A stretch of DNA of 10,867 nucleotides from a virus. Its lineage: Duplodnaviria; Heunggongvirae; Uroviricota; Caudoviricetes. Positions 1-7,349 of this stretch are shown here, one piece after another. The stretch lies in IMG/VR virus record IMGVR_UViG_2537561979_000004, positions 1 through 10,867 of that record, one strand, 5' to 3'. Under the pieces are notes generated by a model. It was not told where the DNA came from, made no database searches, and worked only from the letters and a program-made list of their open reading frames with translations. How positions within the stretch are numbered: the first letter of the stretch is position 1; each line of letters starts with the position of its first letter. The position numbers and the translations under genes are program-made.

Positions 1-441
1 GAAGGCTGGCTGTATCTGGCAGTGGTCATTGACCTGTGGTCACGTGCCGTTATTGGCTGGTCAATGTCGCCACGCATGACGGCGCAACTGGCCTGCGATG
101 CCCTGCAGATGGCGCTGTGGCGGCGTAAGAGGCCCCGGAACGTTATCGTTCACACGGACCGTGGAGGCCAGTACTGTTCAGCAGATTATCAGGCGCAACT
201 GAAGCGGCATAATCTGCGTGGAAGTATGAGCGCAAAAGGTTGCTGCTACGATAATGCCTGCGTGGAAAGCTTCTTTCATTCGCTGAAAGTGGAATGTATC
301 CATGGAGAACACTTTATCAGCCGGGAAATAATGCGGGCAACGGTGTTTAATTATATCGAATGTGATTACAATCGGTGGCGGCGGCACAGTTGGTGTGGCG
401 GCCTCAGTCCGGAACAATTTGAAAACCAGAACCTCGCTTAG
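1..441 (+). CDS. insF: IS3 transposase OrfB (DDE integrase domain), C-terminal part; 5' end truncated by the window edge
   Basis: Open frame from position 1 ([20 protein letters not shown]...) to TAG at 439-441. Contains the HTDRGGQY and CYDNA motifs typical of IS3-family DDE transposases. Confidence 0.85.
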   Translation, partial: EGWLYLAVVIDLWSRAVIGWSMSPRMTAQLACDALQMALWRRKRPRNVIVHTDRGGQYCSADYQAQLKRHNLRGSMSAKGCCYDNACVESFFHSLKVECIHGEHFISREIMRATVFNYIECDYNRWRRHSWCGGLSPEQFENQNLA

Positions 442-471
442 GCCTGTGTCCATATTACGTGGGTAGGATCA
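1..471 (+). mobile_element. IS3-family insertion sequence, 3' portion (5' part lies outside the window); right terminal inverted repeat ends ...GGCCTGTGTCCATATTACGTGGGTAGGATCA at 441-471
   Basis: The ORF translating to ...[15 protein letters not shown]...[10 protein letters not shown]...[11 protein letters not shown] matches the C-terminus of IS3 transposase OrfB as I recall it. The terminal sequence ending TGATC-complement (..GGGTAGGATCA) matches the IS3 terminal inverted repeat recalled from memory. Confidence 0.85.
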
Positions 472-472
472 G

Positions 473-585
473 TATTCGAACGAATTAAGTCAGGTGTAAG
501 TATAAGTGCCATTGCCCGGGAATTCAAAACCTCGCGGCAAACCATTTTAAGAGCCAAAGCAAAACTTCAGACACCTGACATATAA
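473..585 (+). pseudogene. Orphan C-terminal helix-turn-helix fragment (resolvase/transposase HTH_7-like), 5' end removed by the IS3 insertion
   Basis: Frame immediately after the IS3 end translates to [37 protein letters not shown]-stop, a typical recombinase-type HTH with no N-terminal domain in the window. Assignment by pattern only. Confidence 0.35.
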
Positions 586-682
586 AAAATAATCTCAGTG
601 TGAGATGCTTTACGTCTTCCAAGCCCCCTTCCTTGCCGTAAATGGAAAGATACATCTAATTATAGAATTTATATGTTTTACC

Positions 683-1000
683 CTACGGCAGTGCTGGCCA
701 TTCAATATCCTGTGCAGTTGACGTATCAACACGGTTCAGCAACACCCGATACTTCTTCCAGGCTTCCACCACCAGCACGACAAGATGCCGCATACAGTGA
801 CCCAGTCAGTCCAGTTTCCAGACAACCAGTGCGTCACCTTTTTGAAGGCGCTTTAAAGCACGTTTTAATCCAGGTCGGCCTGTCCTTATTCCGCTTAATT
901 TATCTTCAAATATTTGTTCACATCCTGCACAAACAAGAGCGTTTCGTTGCAGGTCTGTATTCTGGTCATTTGTTGATACCCTTACATAGCCAATCAGCAC
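683..1000 (-). pseudogene. pin: Pin-type serine DNA invertase N-terminal remnant (GTG start at 1000; MLIGYVRVSTNDQNTDLQRNAL...) interrupted by an in-frame TGA at 806-808, then reading into a tail-fibre-assembly C-terminal peptide ([27 protein letters not shown])
   Basis: Minus-strand translation gives about 65 residues of a Gin/Pin/Hin-type catalytic N-terminus including the Ser nucleophile motif YVRVST. After the stop the same frame shows pin-like [12 protein letters not shown], then a conserved Tfa C-terminal motif. The expected invertase C-terminal HTH is absent on this strand. Confidence 0.7.
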
Positions 1001-1054
1001 GCTGAATCTCCCGTCCAAAAGCACAAATCATGCCATGCAGGCCAGAAACCGCCA

Positions 1055-1080
1055 TTATCTAAAACCTCGGTTTACAGGAA
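1055..1080. other. gix/pix/hix-like 26-bp inversion crossover site (TTATCTAAAACCTCGGTTTACAGGAA)
   Basis: Near-identical, by memory, to the Mu gix site (TTATCCAAAACCTCGGTTTACAGGAA; one mismatch). It lies about 55 bp upstream of the pin start, and the tail-fibre variable frame opens right at its centre. Confidence 0.6.
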
Positions 1081-2026
1081 ACGATAAATCAGGCTTCTGG
1101 CGCATTACAGAAAAACCAGAACGGCGCAGATATTCCGGGAAAAGATACCTTCACCAAAAACATTGGTGCCTGCCGCGCATATAGCGCATGGCTGAATATT
1201 GGTGGCGATAGTCAGGTCTGGACAACTGCGCAATTTATTTCGTGGCTGGAGAGTCAGGGGGCATTTAACCATCCTTACTGGATGTGCAAAGGCTCATGGG
1301 CTTATGCAAATAATAAGGTTATTACAGATACAGGTTGCGGAAATATTTGTCCTTGCAGGTGCTGTGGTGGAAGTTATTGGCACTCGCGGCGCAATGACCA
1401 TACGCGTTACTACGCCGAGCACGTCCAGCGGTGGCGGAATTACTAACGCTCAATTCACTTATATTAATCATGGTGATGCTTACGCTCCTGGCTGGCGACG
1501 AGACTACAACACGAAAAACCAGCAGCCTGCATTTGCTTTAGGGCAAACAGGACGCAGGGTCGCAAATGATAAAGCTGTTGGCTGGAACTGGAATAGCGGT
1601 GTTTATGATGCAGATATCAGTGGTGCATCGACATTAATCCTCCACTTCAATATGAATGCGGGGAGTTGCCCTGCTGTACAGTTCCGCGTGAATTACAGGA
1701 ACGGCGGTATTTTTTATCGTTCAGCGCGTGATGGTTATGGCTTTGAAGCTAACTGGTCAGAGTTTTACACCACAACACGCAAACCCTCTGCGGGGGATGT
1801 TGGTGCATATACGCAGGCAGAATGTAACTCAAGGTTTATTACAGGTATTCGCCTTGGCGGTCTGTCATCTGTTCAGACATGGAAAGGCCCCGGCTGGTCT
1901 GACAGGTCAGGTTATGTCGTTACGGGTTCAGTTAACGGAAACCGTGATGAATTAATTGATACAACTCAGGCAAGGCCAATTCAGTATTGCATTAATGGGA
2001 CGTGGTATAACGCGGGGAGTATTTAA
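1069..2026 (+). pseudogene. stf: Variable C-terminal segment of a side tail fibre (Mu S / P2 H-like invertible-cassette type), apparently frameshifted near 1348-1355
   Basis: From the gix site one frame reads ALQKNQNGADIPGKDTFTKNIGACRAYSAWLNIGGDSQVWTTAQFISWLESQGAFNHPYWMCKGSWAYANNKVITDTGCGNIC. The protein then continues only in the +1 frame (LAGAVVEVIGTRGAMTIRVTTPSTS... to TAA at 2024-2026). No constant N-terminal tail-fibre region precedes it. Confidence 0.65.
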
Positions 2027-2028
2027 CG

Positions 2029-2562
2029 ATGATGCACTTAAAAAACATTACTGCTGGCAACCCTAAAACAAAAGAGCAATACCAGCTAACAAAGCAATTT
2101 AACATCAAATGGCTTTATTCAGATGATGGAAAAAACTGGTATGAGGAACAAAAGAATTTCCAGCCAGACACTTTGAAAATGGTCTATGACCATAACGGCG
2201 TTATTATTTGTATTGAAAAGGATGTTTCAGCAATTAATCCAGAGGGTGCAAGCGTCGTTGAATTACCTGATATTACAGCAAATCGCCGGGCTGATATTTC
2301 GGGGAAATGGATGTTCAAAGATGGCGTAGTGATAAAGCGAACTTATACCGAGGAAGAGCAGAGGCAACAAGCGGAAAATGAAAAGCAAAGCCTGTTGCAA
2401 CTTGTCAGGGATAAAACCCAGCTATGGGACTCACAGCTACGGCTGGGCATCATTTCCGACGAGAATAAACAAAAATTAACCGAGTGGATGCTCTATGCGC
2501 AGAAAGTCGAATCTACAGACACTTCCGGCCTGCCAGTAACGTTTCCCGAACAACCAGAATGA
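2029..2562 (+). CDS. tfa: Tail fibre assembly protein (Tfa / Mu U family)
   Basis: 177 aa beginning MMHLKNITAGNPKTKEQYQLTKQF...KNWYEEQKNFQPDT, matching the conserved Tfa N-terminus as recalled. Starts 2 nt after the stf stop. Confidence 0.85.
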   Translation: MMHLKNITAGNPKTKEQYQLTKQFNIKWLYSDDGKNWYEEQKNFQPDTLKMVYDHNGVIICIEKDVSAINPEGASVVELPDITANRRADISGKWMFKDGVVIKRTYTEEEQRQQAENEKQSLLQLVRDKTQLWDSQLRLGIISDENKQKLTEWMLYAQKVESTDTSGLPVTFPEQPE

Positions 2563-2614
2563 GAGAAGGCCCGCTAGACTATCTTTAATTTCTCGCTCAT
2601 ACAGCCTTGCTTTA

Positions 2615-2651
2615 TGAATAAAACGCACCCCAGCAGCCAGTGCTACTGGGG
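2615..2651 (-). terminator. Probable rho-independent terminator downstream of trkG
   Basis: Inverted repeat CCCCAGCAG/CTACTGGGG (2628-2651, one mismatch, 6-nt loop), followed on the minus strand by TGCGTTTTATTCAT. Confidence 0.45.
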
Positions 2652-2737
2652 ACGGAGGTGTTGCTGGTAAAGTTAGGTATTGGATCAATGAGTGAGTCAA
2701 CATAATATTAAACTCACAATTATAAATCAGCCATATA

Positions 2738-4195
2738 TTAGGAGCGCCAAAAAAAACCTGAAAACAATATAATAACAGGATAAATTTCAAGGCGACCAAG
2801 AATCATAGCTATGCACATTAAACATTTTGCAATGTCATTAAGCACTCCGAATGACGATGCAGTAGCCCCAAAACCTAATCCCATATTATTAATACATGCA
2901 GCCACTGTTGCAAATGATGTAAGAAAATCATATCCCATACCATTTAACACCAGTATAAAAAACACCGTGAAGAGAGTATAAAGAAAAAAGAAACTCCATA
3001 CAGACCTCATTACACGATCTGTAACTATCTTCCCTCCTACATTTACACTCAACAACGCTCTGGGATGAGAAAGCTGATTTATCTCGTGTTTGCTTTGTTT
3101 GAAAAGTATAAGAAATCGAAGTGACTTAATTCCACCACAAGTTGAACCTATACATCCCCCAAAGAAACTTGACAACAGCAAAAACACTATCGTGTGCGTG
3201 GGCCAACTTGCATAATCCTGCGTAGCTAAACCATTATCAGTGAGCATGGAGCTGGCAAGAAAAAACGAATGAATAAAACTTCCATGCAAGTCATACATAC
3301 CTATATGCCAGACCTGGAAAGAGGTAACAATGATCACCCCTAAGGCTATTAACAGAAAGAAACGAAGTTCAATATCTCTGATTAAAGGTTTTATCGTTTT
3401 CCTGCTAATAACAATATACCAAAGAGTGAAGTTGAAAGCCGATAGCAGGGAAAAAGAACCAGCCACCAGCTCAACCAAATAGTTATTAAAATATCCGATA
3501 CTCTCGCTATGAGTTGAGAAACCACCAAGCGAAACTGTGGAAATCCCGTGACAAATAGCATCAAACAAAGGCATTCCTGCAAGTCTATAACAGACAATAC
3601 AAGCAATACCTAATAAAGAATAAGTTATCCACAGTGTCCGTGACGTATCGGCCAGGCGGGGAGTGAGTTTGTCATCCTTAAATGGCCCCGGCATTTCTGA
3701 CTGATAAAGCTTTGCACCACCAATACCCAATAATGGCAATACTGCAACCGCCAGAACAATAACTCCTAAACCACCTATAAAATTTAACTGTGACCGATAG
3801 TACAAATATGCCCGAGGTAATGAACTAACATCATCAATTACAGTTGCTCCTGTTGTTGTTATTCCAGAAACCCCTTCAAACAGAGCATCAATGAACCTTA
3901 AATTAAGTTCTGAGTCAATCCATAAAGGGAATGCACTAATAACAGAAAACAAAATCCAAAACATTACAATTATAATAAACCCATCACGGGTACGTAATTG
4001 AATGCCAGATTTCTTAGTTGTATACCACGCTCCGCCACCAATGCAAAAAAATATAACGAAAGTTATAAAGAAAACGAACAGGATTTTTTCTTTATAAAAC
4101 AATGCTACAACCATTGGTGGCAACATTGAAAGACTATAGAGCCAAACCAAGAACCCACACATATGAGTAACAACTCTTACATGAGATGTATTCAT
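2738..4195 (-). CDS. trkG: TrkH/TrkG-family potassium uptake membrane protein (Rac-prophage TrkG type)
   Basis: Long polytopic membrane ORF that matches K-12 TrkG from MNTSHVRVVTHMCGFLVWLY... onward as I recall it. AT-rich composition typical of prophage cargo. An alternative TTG start at 4213 has a better Shine-Dalgarno (AAGGTGG, 6-nt spacing) than the ATG at 4195. Confidence 0.85.
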   Translation of the reverse strand: MNTSHVRVVTHMCGFLVWLYSLSMLPPMVVALFYKEKILFVFFITFVIFFCIGGGAWYTTKKSGIQLRTRDGFIIIVMFWILFSVISAFPLWIDSELNLRFIDALFEGVSGITTTGATVIDDVSSLPRAYLYYRSQLNFIGGLGVIVLAVAVLPLLGIGGAKLYQSEMPGPFKDDKLTPRLADTSRTLWITYSLLGIACIVCYRLAGMPLFDAICHGISTVSLGGFSTHSESIGYFNNYLVELVAGSFSLLSAFNFTLWYIVISRKTIKPLIRDIELRFFLLIALGVIIVTSFQVWHIGMYDLHGSFIHSFFLASSMLTDNGLATQDYASWPTHTIVFLLLSSFFGGCIGSTCGGIKSLRFLILFKQSKHEINQLSHPRALLSVNVGGKIVTDRVMRSVWSFFFLYTLFTVFFILVLNGMGYDFLTSFATVAACINNMGLGFGATASSFGVLNDIAKCLMCIAMILGRLEIYPVIILFSGFFWRS

Positions 4196-4332
4196 ATCTA
4201 AATATTCTTTCAATTATAACCACCTTGCTGCAATATTATGATTATACTGTATAAAATTTAACTCCTCTTAGATCTTACTTCACTGTTCCTTATGAAACAA
4301 TCATCAAAATGAATCATATTGTAGTTAAGATT

Positions 4333-4797
4333 TTACTTTAAACACTGCTCGGTTATGTATTGCTGAGCACCTTCAAGTTGGGCCTGCATCATTACCAGTC
4401 GTTCCCGGAGGGTGAAATAATCCCGTTCAGCGGTGTCTGCCAGTCGGGGGGAGGCTGCATTATCCACGCCGGAGGCGGTGGTGGCTTCACGCACTGACTG
4501 ACAGACTGCTTTGATGTGCAACCGACGACGACCAGCGGCAACATCATCACGCAGAGCATCATTTTCAGCTTTCGCATCAGCTAACTCCTTCGTGTATTTT
4601 GCATCGAGCGCAGCAACATCACGCTGACGCATCTGCATGTCAGTAATTGCCGCGTTCGCCAGCTTCAGTTCTCTGGCATTTTTGTCGCGCTGGGCTTTGT
4701 AGGTAATGGCGTTATCACGGTAATGATTAACAGCCCATGACAGGCAGACGATGATGCAGATAACCAGAGCGGAGATAATCGCGGTTACTCTGTTCAT
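4333..4797 (-). CDS. Rz: Rz i-spanin (lambda Rz-like)
   Basis: [55 protein letters not shown]... closely resembles lambda Rz. Its ATG overlaps the R stop as ATGA (4797-4794). Confidence 0.85.
   Translation of the reverse strand: MNRVTAIISALVICIIVCLSWAVNHYRDNAITYKAQRDKNARELKLANAAITDMQMRQRDVAALDAKYTKELADAKAENDALRDDVAAGRRRLHIKAVCQSVREATTASGVDNAASPRLADTAERDYFTLRERLVMMQAQLEGAQQYITEQCLK
4392..4577 (-). CDS. Rz1: Rz1 o-spanin lipoprotein embedded in the +1 frame of Rz
   Basis: [52 protein letters not shown]...: lipobox VVGC and a proline-rich stretch, fully nested within Rz as in lambda. Confidence 0.8.
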   Translation of the reverse strand: MRKLKMMLCVMMLPLVVVGCTSKQSVSQCVKPPPPPAWIMQPPPDWQTPLNGIISPSGNDW

Positions 4798-5291
4798 TGC
4801 TGACCCCACAAACAGATTTCACGCTCAATCTCACGACGAGTCATGAGACCTTTCCATTGCTTACCGCCAGCATATGTCCAGCGACGTAGCTGATCACATG
4901 CGCCTTTGATATCGCCCTGGTTTATTTTGCGAAGAAGCGTCGATGTTCTGAAATTGCCAGCACCCACGTTGTAAACGAATGAGTAAAGAGCGCCGCGCGT
5001 TGTTTCCGGTATATCGACTTTGATGTACGGGTTAATTTGTCTGGCGACCGTGGCAAGGTCTTTATTCAAGAGTGTTTTGCATTCTGCTTTGGTATACGTT
5101 TTACCGAGCATGATGTCTTTTCCTGTATGCCCGTGACATACAGTCCATACACCAACAATATCTTTGTATGGTATGTAGCTGACACCTTCCAGACCATCGT
5201 TACCACTTGGGCCAGTGATTAACACTGATGCTATAGCAATTGCTCCGCCACCAATAGCAGCAGCAACGACTTTTCGTAATGATGGAGGCAT
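4794..5291 (-). CDS. R: Phage-21-type SAR endolysin (lysozyme R with N-terminal signal-anchor-release domain)
   Basis: [59 protein letters not shown]...: Gly/Ala-rich N-terminal hydrophobic SAR segment followed by a lysozyme catalytic region. The start overlaps the S stop (TAATG). Confidence 0.85.
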   Translation of the reverse strand: MPPSLRKVVAAAIGGGAIAIASVLITGPSGNDGLEGVSYIPYKDIVGVWTVCHGHTGKDIMLGKTYTKAECKTLLNKDLATVARQINPYIKVDIPETTRGALYSFVYNVGAGNFRTSTLLRKINQGDIKGACDQLRRWTYAGGKQWKGLMTRREIEREICLWGQQ

Positions 5292-5506
5292 TATTCACCT
5301 CTCGCAGCCTTGCGCTTATCTTCTTTAATCTTGAAATAAAGGTTTGTCAGGTACGTCAGCAGGCCAAATACCAGACTACCCAGCACACCGATTGCAGCCC
5401 ACTGTGACGGAGTTACTCTATCGAGCAACTGTAAAAACCAGTAGCCAGCACTGCCTGCGGAGGTGCCGTAGGCAATGCCTGTTGAAATTTTGTCCATGGA
5501 TTTCAT
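5291..5506 (-). CDS. S: Phage-21-type pinholin S with dual-start motif (M-K-S-M)
   Basis: From the ATG at 5506: [71 protein letters not shown] (71 aa, two TM segments, charged C-terminus), preceded by GGAGG. The longer upstream ORF start at 5563 was not used. Confidence 0.8.
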   Translation of the reverse strand: MKSMDKISTGIAYGTSAGSAGYWFLQLLDRVTPSQWAAIGVLGSLVFGLLTYLTNLYFKIKEDKRKAARGE

Positions 5507-5605
5507 AGCCTCACCTCCGCACGGAACGGATGGCATAGTTATTATGTGTAGGCTTTCAGACACATCAATCAGAGCCTTAATTGATATATATGCTGGAGAC
5601 GATGC

Positions 5606-5632
5606 AATATAAAAAGCTCGCCGTAGCGAGCT
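5606..5632 (-). terminator. Rho-independent terminator between the lipoprotein cargo and the S gene
   Basis: Perfect hairpin AGCTCGC-tacg-GCGAGCT (5615-5632 on plus coordinates), followed on the minus strand by TTTTTATATT. Confidence 0.55.
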
Positions 5633-5757
5633 AATAAAATGTATTTCTCTGATATTATGTTTATTTGTATTAGCTCAGACTTGACATCACAGGTTTCGTA
5701 TATAGAACATCATCAAATCTGTCAGTTTGCTATGAATGAGATATAGTAATTGAAGAG

Positions 5758-6153
5758 CTAACCTCGCATGTCAAAGCCAGATTTCTGAAAATCTCTGTAG
5801 ACTTCCGGATTGTTGAAGGCCGGAAATTTGGCTTTATGAGCTGCGGACTTTATCGCTTCGCAATAGGCTTTATCACCGTTACTGGTAGATATTTTTAACG
5901 CCGTGCCATCCTGAGAGAATTCCATATGCAACCTGCATTTTTTCCCTTTCCAGTTATGCGGCTCATCAAGTTTGGCATTAATTGCAGCTCTGATTCCCCG
6001 CGCTTGCGCCCCCCATTCATCCTGATCATCCCAGCGTCCTGAACTGCAACTACCTGTAGCAGTAGTTTTGTGGCAATCTGAAGGGTGTAAAGGTGTGCAT
6101 CCCGCAACAAAACCGACCCAAAAAGTCAACATAACGATTTTCTTTAATCCCAC
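5758..6153 (-). CDS. Lipoprotein with divergent TolA domain-III-like C-terminal module (cargo gene 1)
   Basis: GTG start with GAGGAG upstream. Signal peptide MGLKKIVMLTFWVGFVAGC with lipobox Cys. The C-terminal ~80 aa (...GKKCRLHMEFSQDGTALKISTSNGDKAYCEAIKSAAHKAKFPAFNNPEVYRDFQ...) shares the conserved pattern of the TolA C-terminal domain at lower identity. Confidence 0.7.
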   Translation of the reverse strand: MGLKKIVMLTFWVGFVAGCTPLHPSDCHKTTATGSCSSGRWDDQDEWGAQARGIRAAINAKLDEPHNWKGKKCRLHMEFSQDGTALKISTSNGDKAYCEAIKSAAHKAKFPAFNNPEVYRDFQKSGFDMRG

Positions 6154-6303
6154 TTCTTGCTCCTCAATCCATTAAAATCTCAGCAATAGTAGTTGTTACG
6201 TCCGCCACTGGCTCAGAGCTGACTATCCGCTAAATTTAGCTCAGTGCCGTAGCTGTGTCAGAACAAACCTAAGCCGAAACCGTTTATTACAAAACAATAA
6301 ATA

Positions 6304-6732
6304 TCAGGGTTTAAAATCCAGCACCCCATTTTGAAATACTTTATATACTTCCGGCGAAGGGGGGGCAGGTATATCAGCATTCTTTATCGCATTCATCGCT
6401 TCACGACATAAATCGAGGTCTCCACTTTCTCTTTTAACCTCCAGTAGAAGGCCATTCGGGGCCATATGCATTCTCAGTGTACACTCTTTTCCTGAATACT
6501 TACTCGCATCCCCGAACTGTTTTTCGATGGCGCTCTTGATTTGATGGGCATACAGACGGATATCCTCACTAACATCAGAAGTACGTTCAGATAAACTCAC
6601 ATACTGTGTCTCTATTGCTTTATCGGAGTAATATGATGTACGGTCATGATAATTTGTCGATACAGCATCAGTGCACCCGATAATAATCCCACTAATAATC
6701 AACGTAAGAATTGATGCGCTACGAAAACCCAT
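6304..6732 (-). CDS. Lipoprotein with TolA domain-III-like C-terminal module (cargo gene 2)
   Basis: ATG with GAGG upstream. Signal peptide MGFRSASILTLIISGIIIGC (lipobox). The C-terminal ~85 aa (IRLYAHQIKSAIEKQFGDASKYSGKECTLRMHMAPNGLLLEVKRESGDLDLCREAMNAIKNADIPAPPSPEVYKVFQNGVLDFKP) aligns closely with the TolA C-terminus as I recall it (...QIKSAIESKFYDASSYAGKTCTLRIKLAPDGMLLDIKPEGGDPALCQAALAAAKLAKIPKPPSQAVYEVFKNAPLDFKP). Confidence 0.75.
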   Translation of the reverse strand: MGFRSASILTLIISGIIIGCTDAVSTNYHDRTSYYSDKAIETQYVSLSERTSDVSEDIRLYAHQIKSAIEKQFGDASKYSGKECTLRMHMAPNGLLLEVKRESGDLDLCREAMNAIKNADIPAPPSPEVYKVFQNGVLDFKP

Positions 6733-6761
6733 TTTTCCTCACATATGTCATATAGTAAAGG

Positions 6762-6791
6762 ATTATATATACCGTTGTTTTGGACGCTCAA
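6762..6791 (-). promoter_or_regulatory. Candidate sigma70 promoter for lipoprotein gene 2 (-35 TTGAGC at 6786-6791, 18-bp spacer, -10 TATAAT at 6762-6767)
   Basis: Hexamers read on the minus strand about 30 nt upstream of the ATG at 6732. Not experimentally defined. Confidence 0.4.
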
Positions 6792-6895
6792 ACAGCGAAT
6801 CAGATCAAATAAAACGCACATTTGTTAACATTTACACAAAGTCTGCGTGGGATATTCTGAAAGAATATCCATAATGTGGAGAGAATCTATTGAAG

Positions 6896-7000
6896 TGCAT
6901 GGTGCCGGGTGCCTCCCGGTGAACAAAATGTTCGTGATACCTGTCGGCGACAGAAAAGGTTAATGGTATCACCCCACCGCACAGGGGGATTCACCATGCA
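6896..7000. repeat. 105-bp nested dyad-symmetry element (outer 9-bp inverted repeat enclosing four hairpins)
   Basis: Outer TGCATGGTG (6896-6904) / CACCATGCA (6992-7000). Inner hairpins: CCGGG-tgcct-CCCGG (6905-6919), GAACA-aaa-TGTTC (6921-6933), GTGATACC...GGTATCAC (6934-6972) enclosing the palindrome CTGTCG-g-CGACAG (6941-6953), and CCCC-n8-GGGG (6972-6987). Confidence 0.5.
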
Positions 7001-7320
7001 GGAGTTTTCTTAGCAAACTCACTGCGCGCCCGGCAACTCCCAACCACATAAAATGCGGAGTTTGTGGTATTTATGCATATAACTCGCAGGAATTATCTTA
7101 AAAAACTGATGTCGATCCGGATTAAAAAGAAGCAGGTCATCATCAGATGACTGGAAAAAAGGAAAACAAAAAATACTCATCATACAGTTTTGATTGCAGG
7201 GATGAGCCTGCTATGCACAATATGCAGAATATAAGCAAGATAAAAATATGCAGGCATATTATTTCGGATTTTGTTATTAACACAACCTTTTTAATAATCA
7301 TTTGGCATACAATAAACCAG

Positions 7321-7349
7321 CCCAAAAAGAACCGCCTAAACAGGCGGTT
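7321..7349 (-). terminator. Rho-independent terminator (candidate tR'-like) in the Q-to-cargo intergenic region
   Basis: Hairpin AACCGCCT-aaac-AGGCGGTT (7330-7349), followed on the minus strand by CTTTTTGGG. Confidence 0.5.

Noticed and set aside
178-453. 91-aa minus-strand ORF inside IS3
   Set aside because: Antisense to the well-supported IS3 transposase frame; no independent signals.
673-1005. 110-aa plus-strand ORF
   Set aside because: Antisense to the pin/tfa remnant, whose minus-strand frame carries recognisable conserved motifs; proline/serine-rich translation typical of an antisense artefact.
1199-1350. N-terminal part of the 275-aa ORF (MVAIVRSGQLRNLFRG...) as the start of the tail fibre gene
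   Set aside because: That stretch is the wrong frame; the tail-fibre-like sequence before about 1350 is in the frame opening at the gix site. The ATG at 1199 is not a real start.
1728-1955. 75-aa plus-strand ORF embedded in the stf segment
   Set aside because: Alternative frame inside a recognisable tail-fibre coding region.
2476-2799. 107-aa minus-strand ORF spanning the tfa end, the intergenic region and the trkG end
   Set aside because: Overlaps two well-supported genes and a terminator hairpin; no ribosome-binding site.
3391-3606. 71-aa minus-strand ORF inside trkG
   Set aside because: Alternative frame within trkG.
5037-5222. 61-aa plus-strand ORF
   Set aside because: Antisense to the endolysin gene.
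5291-5563. Extended 90-aa holin ORF starting at 5563 ([12 protein letters not shown]...)
   Set aside because: The upstream extension lacks a ribosome-binding site; the GGAGG-preceded MKSMDK start at 5506 gives the canonical 71-aa pinholin with dual-start motif.
5895-6110. 71-aa minus-strand ORF overlapping lipoprotein gene 1
   Set aside because: Alternative frame within the lipoprotein CDS.
6671-6874. 67-aa plus-strand ORF
   Set aside because: Overlaps the start and promoter region of lipoprotein gene 2 on the opposite strand; no ribosome-binding site.
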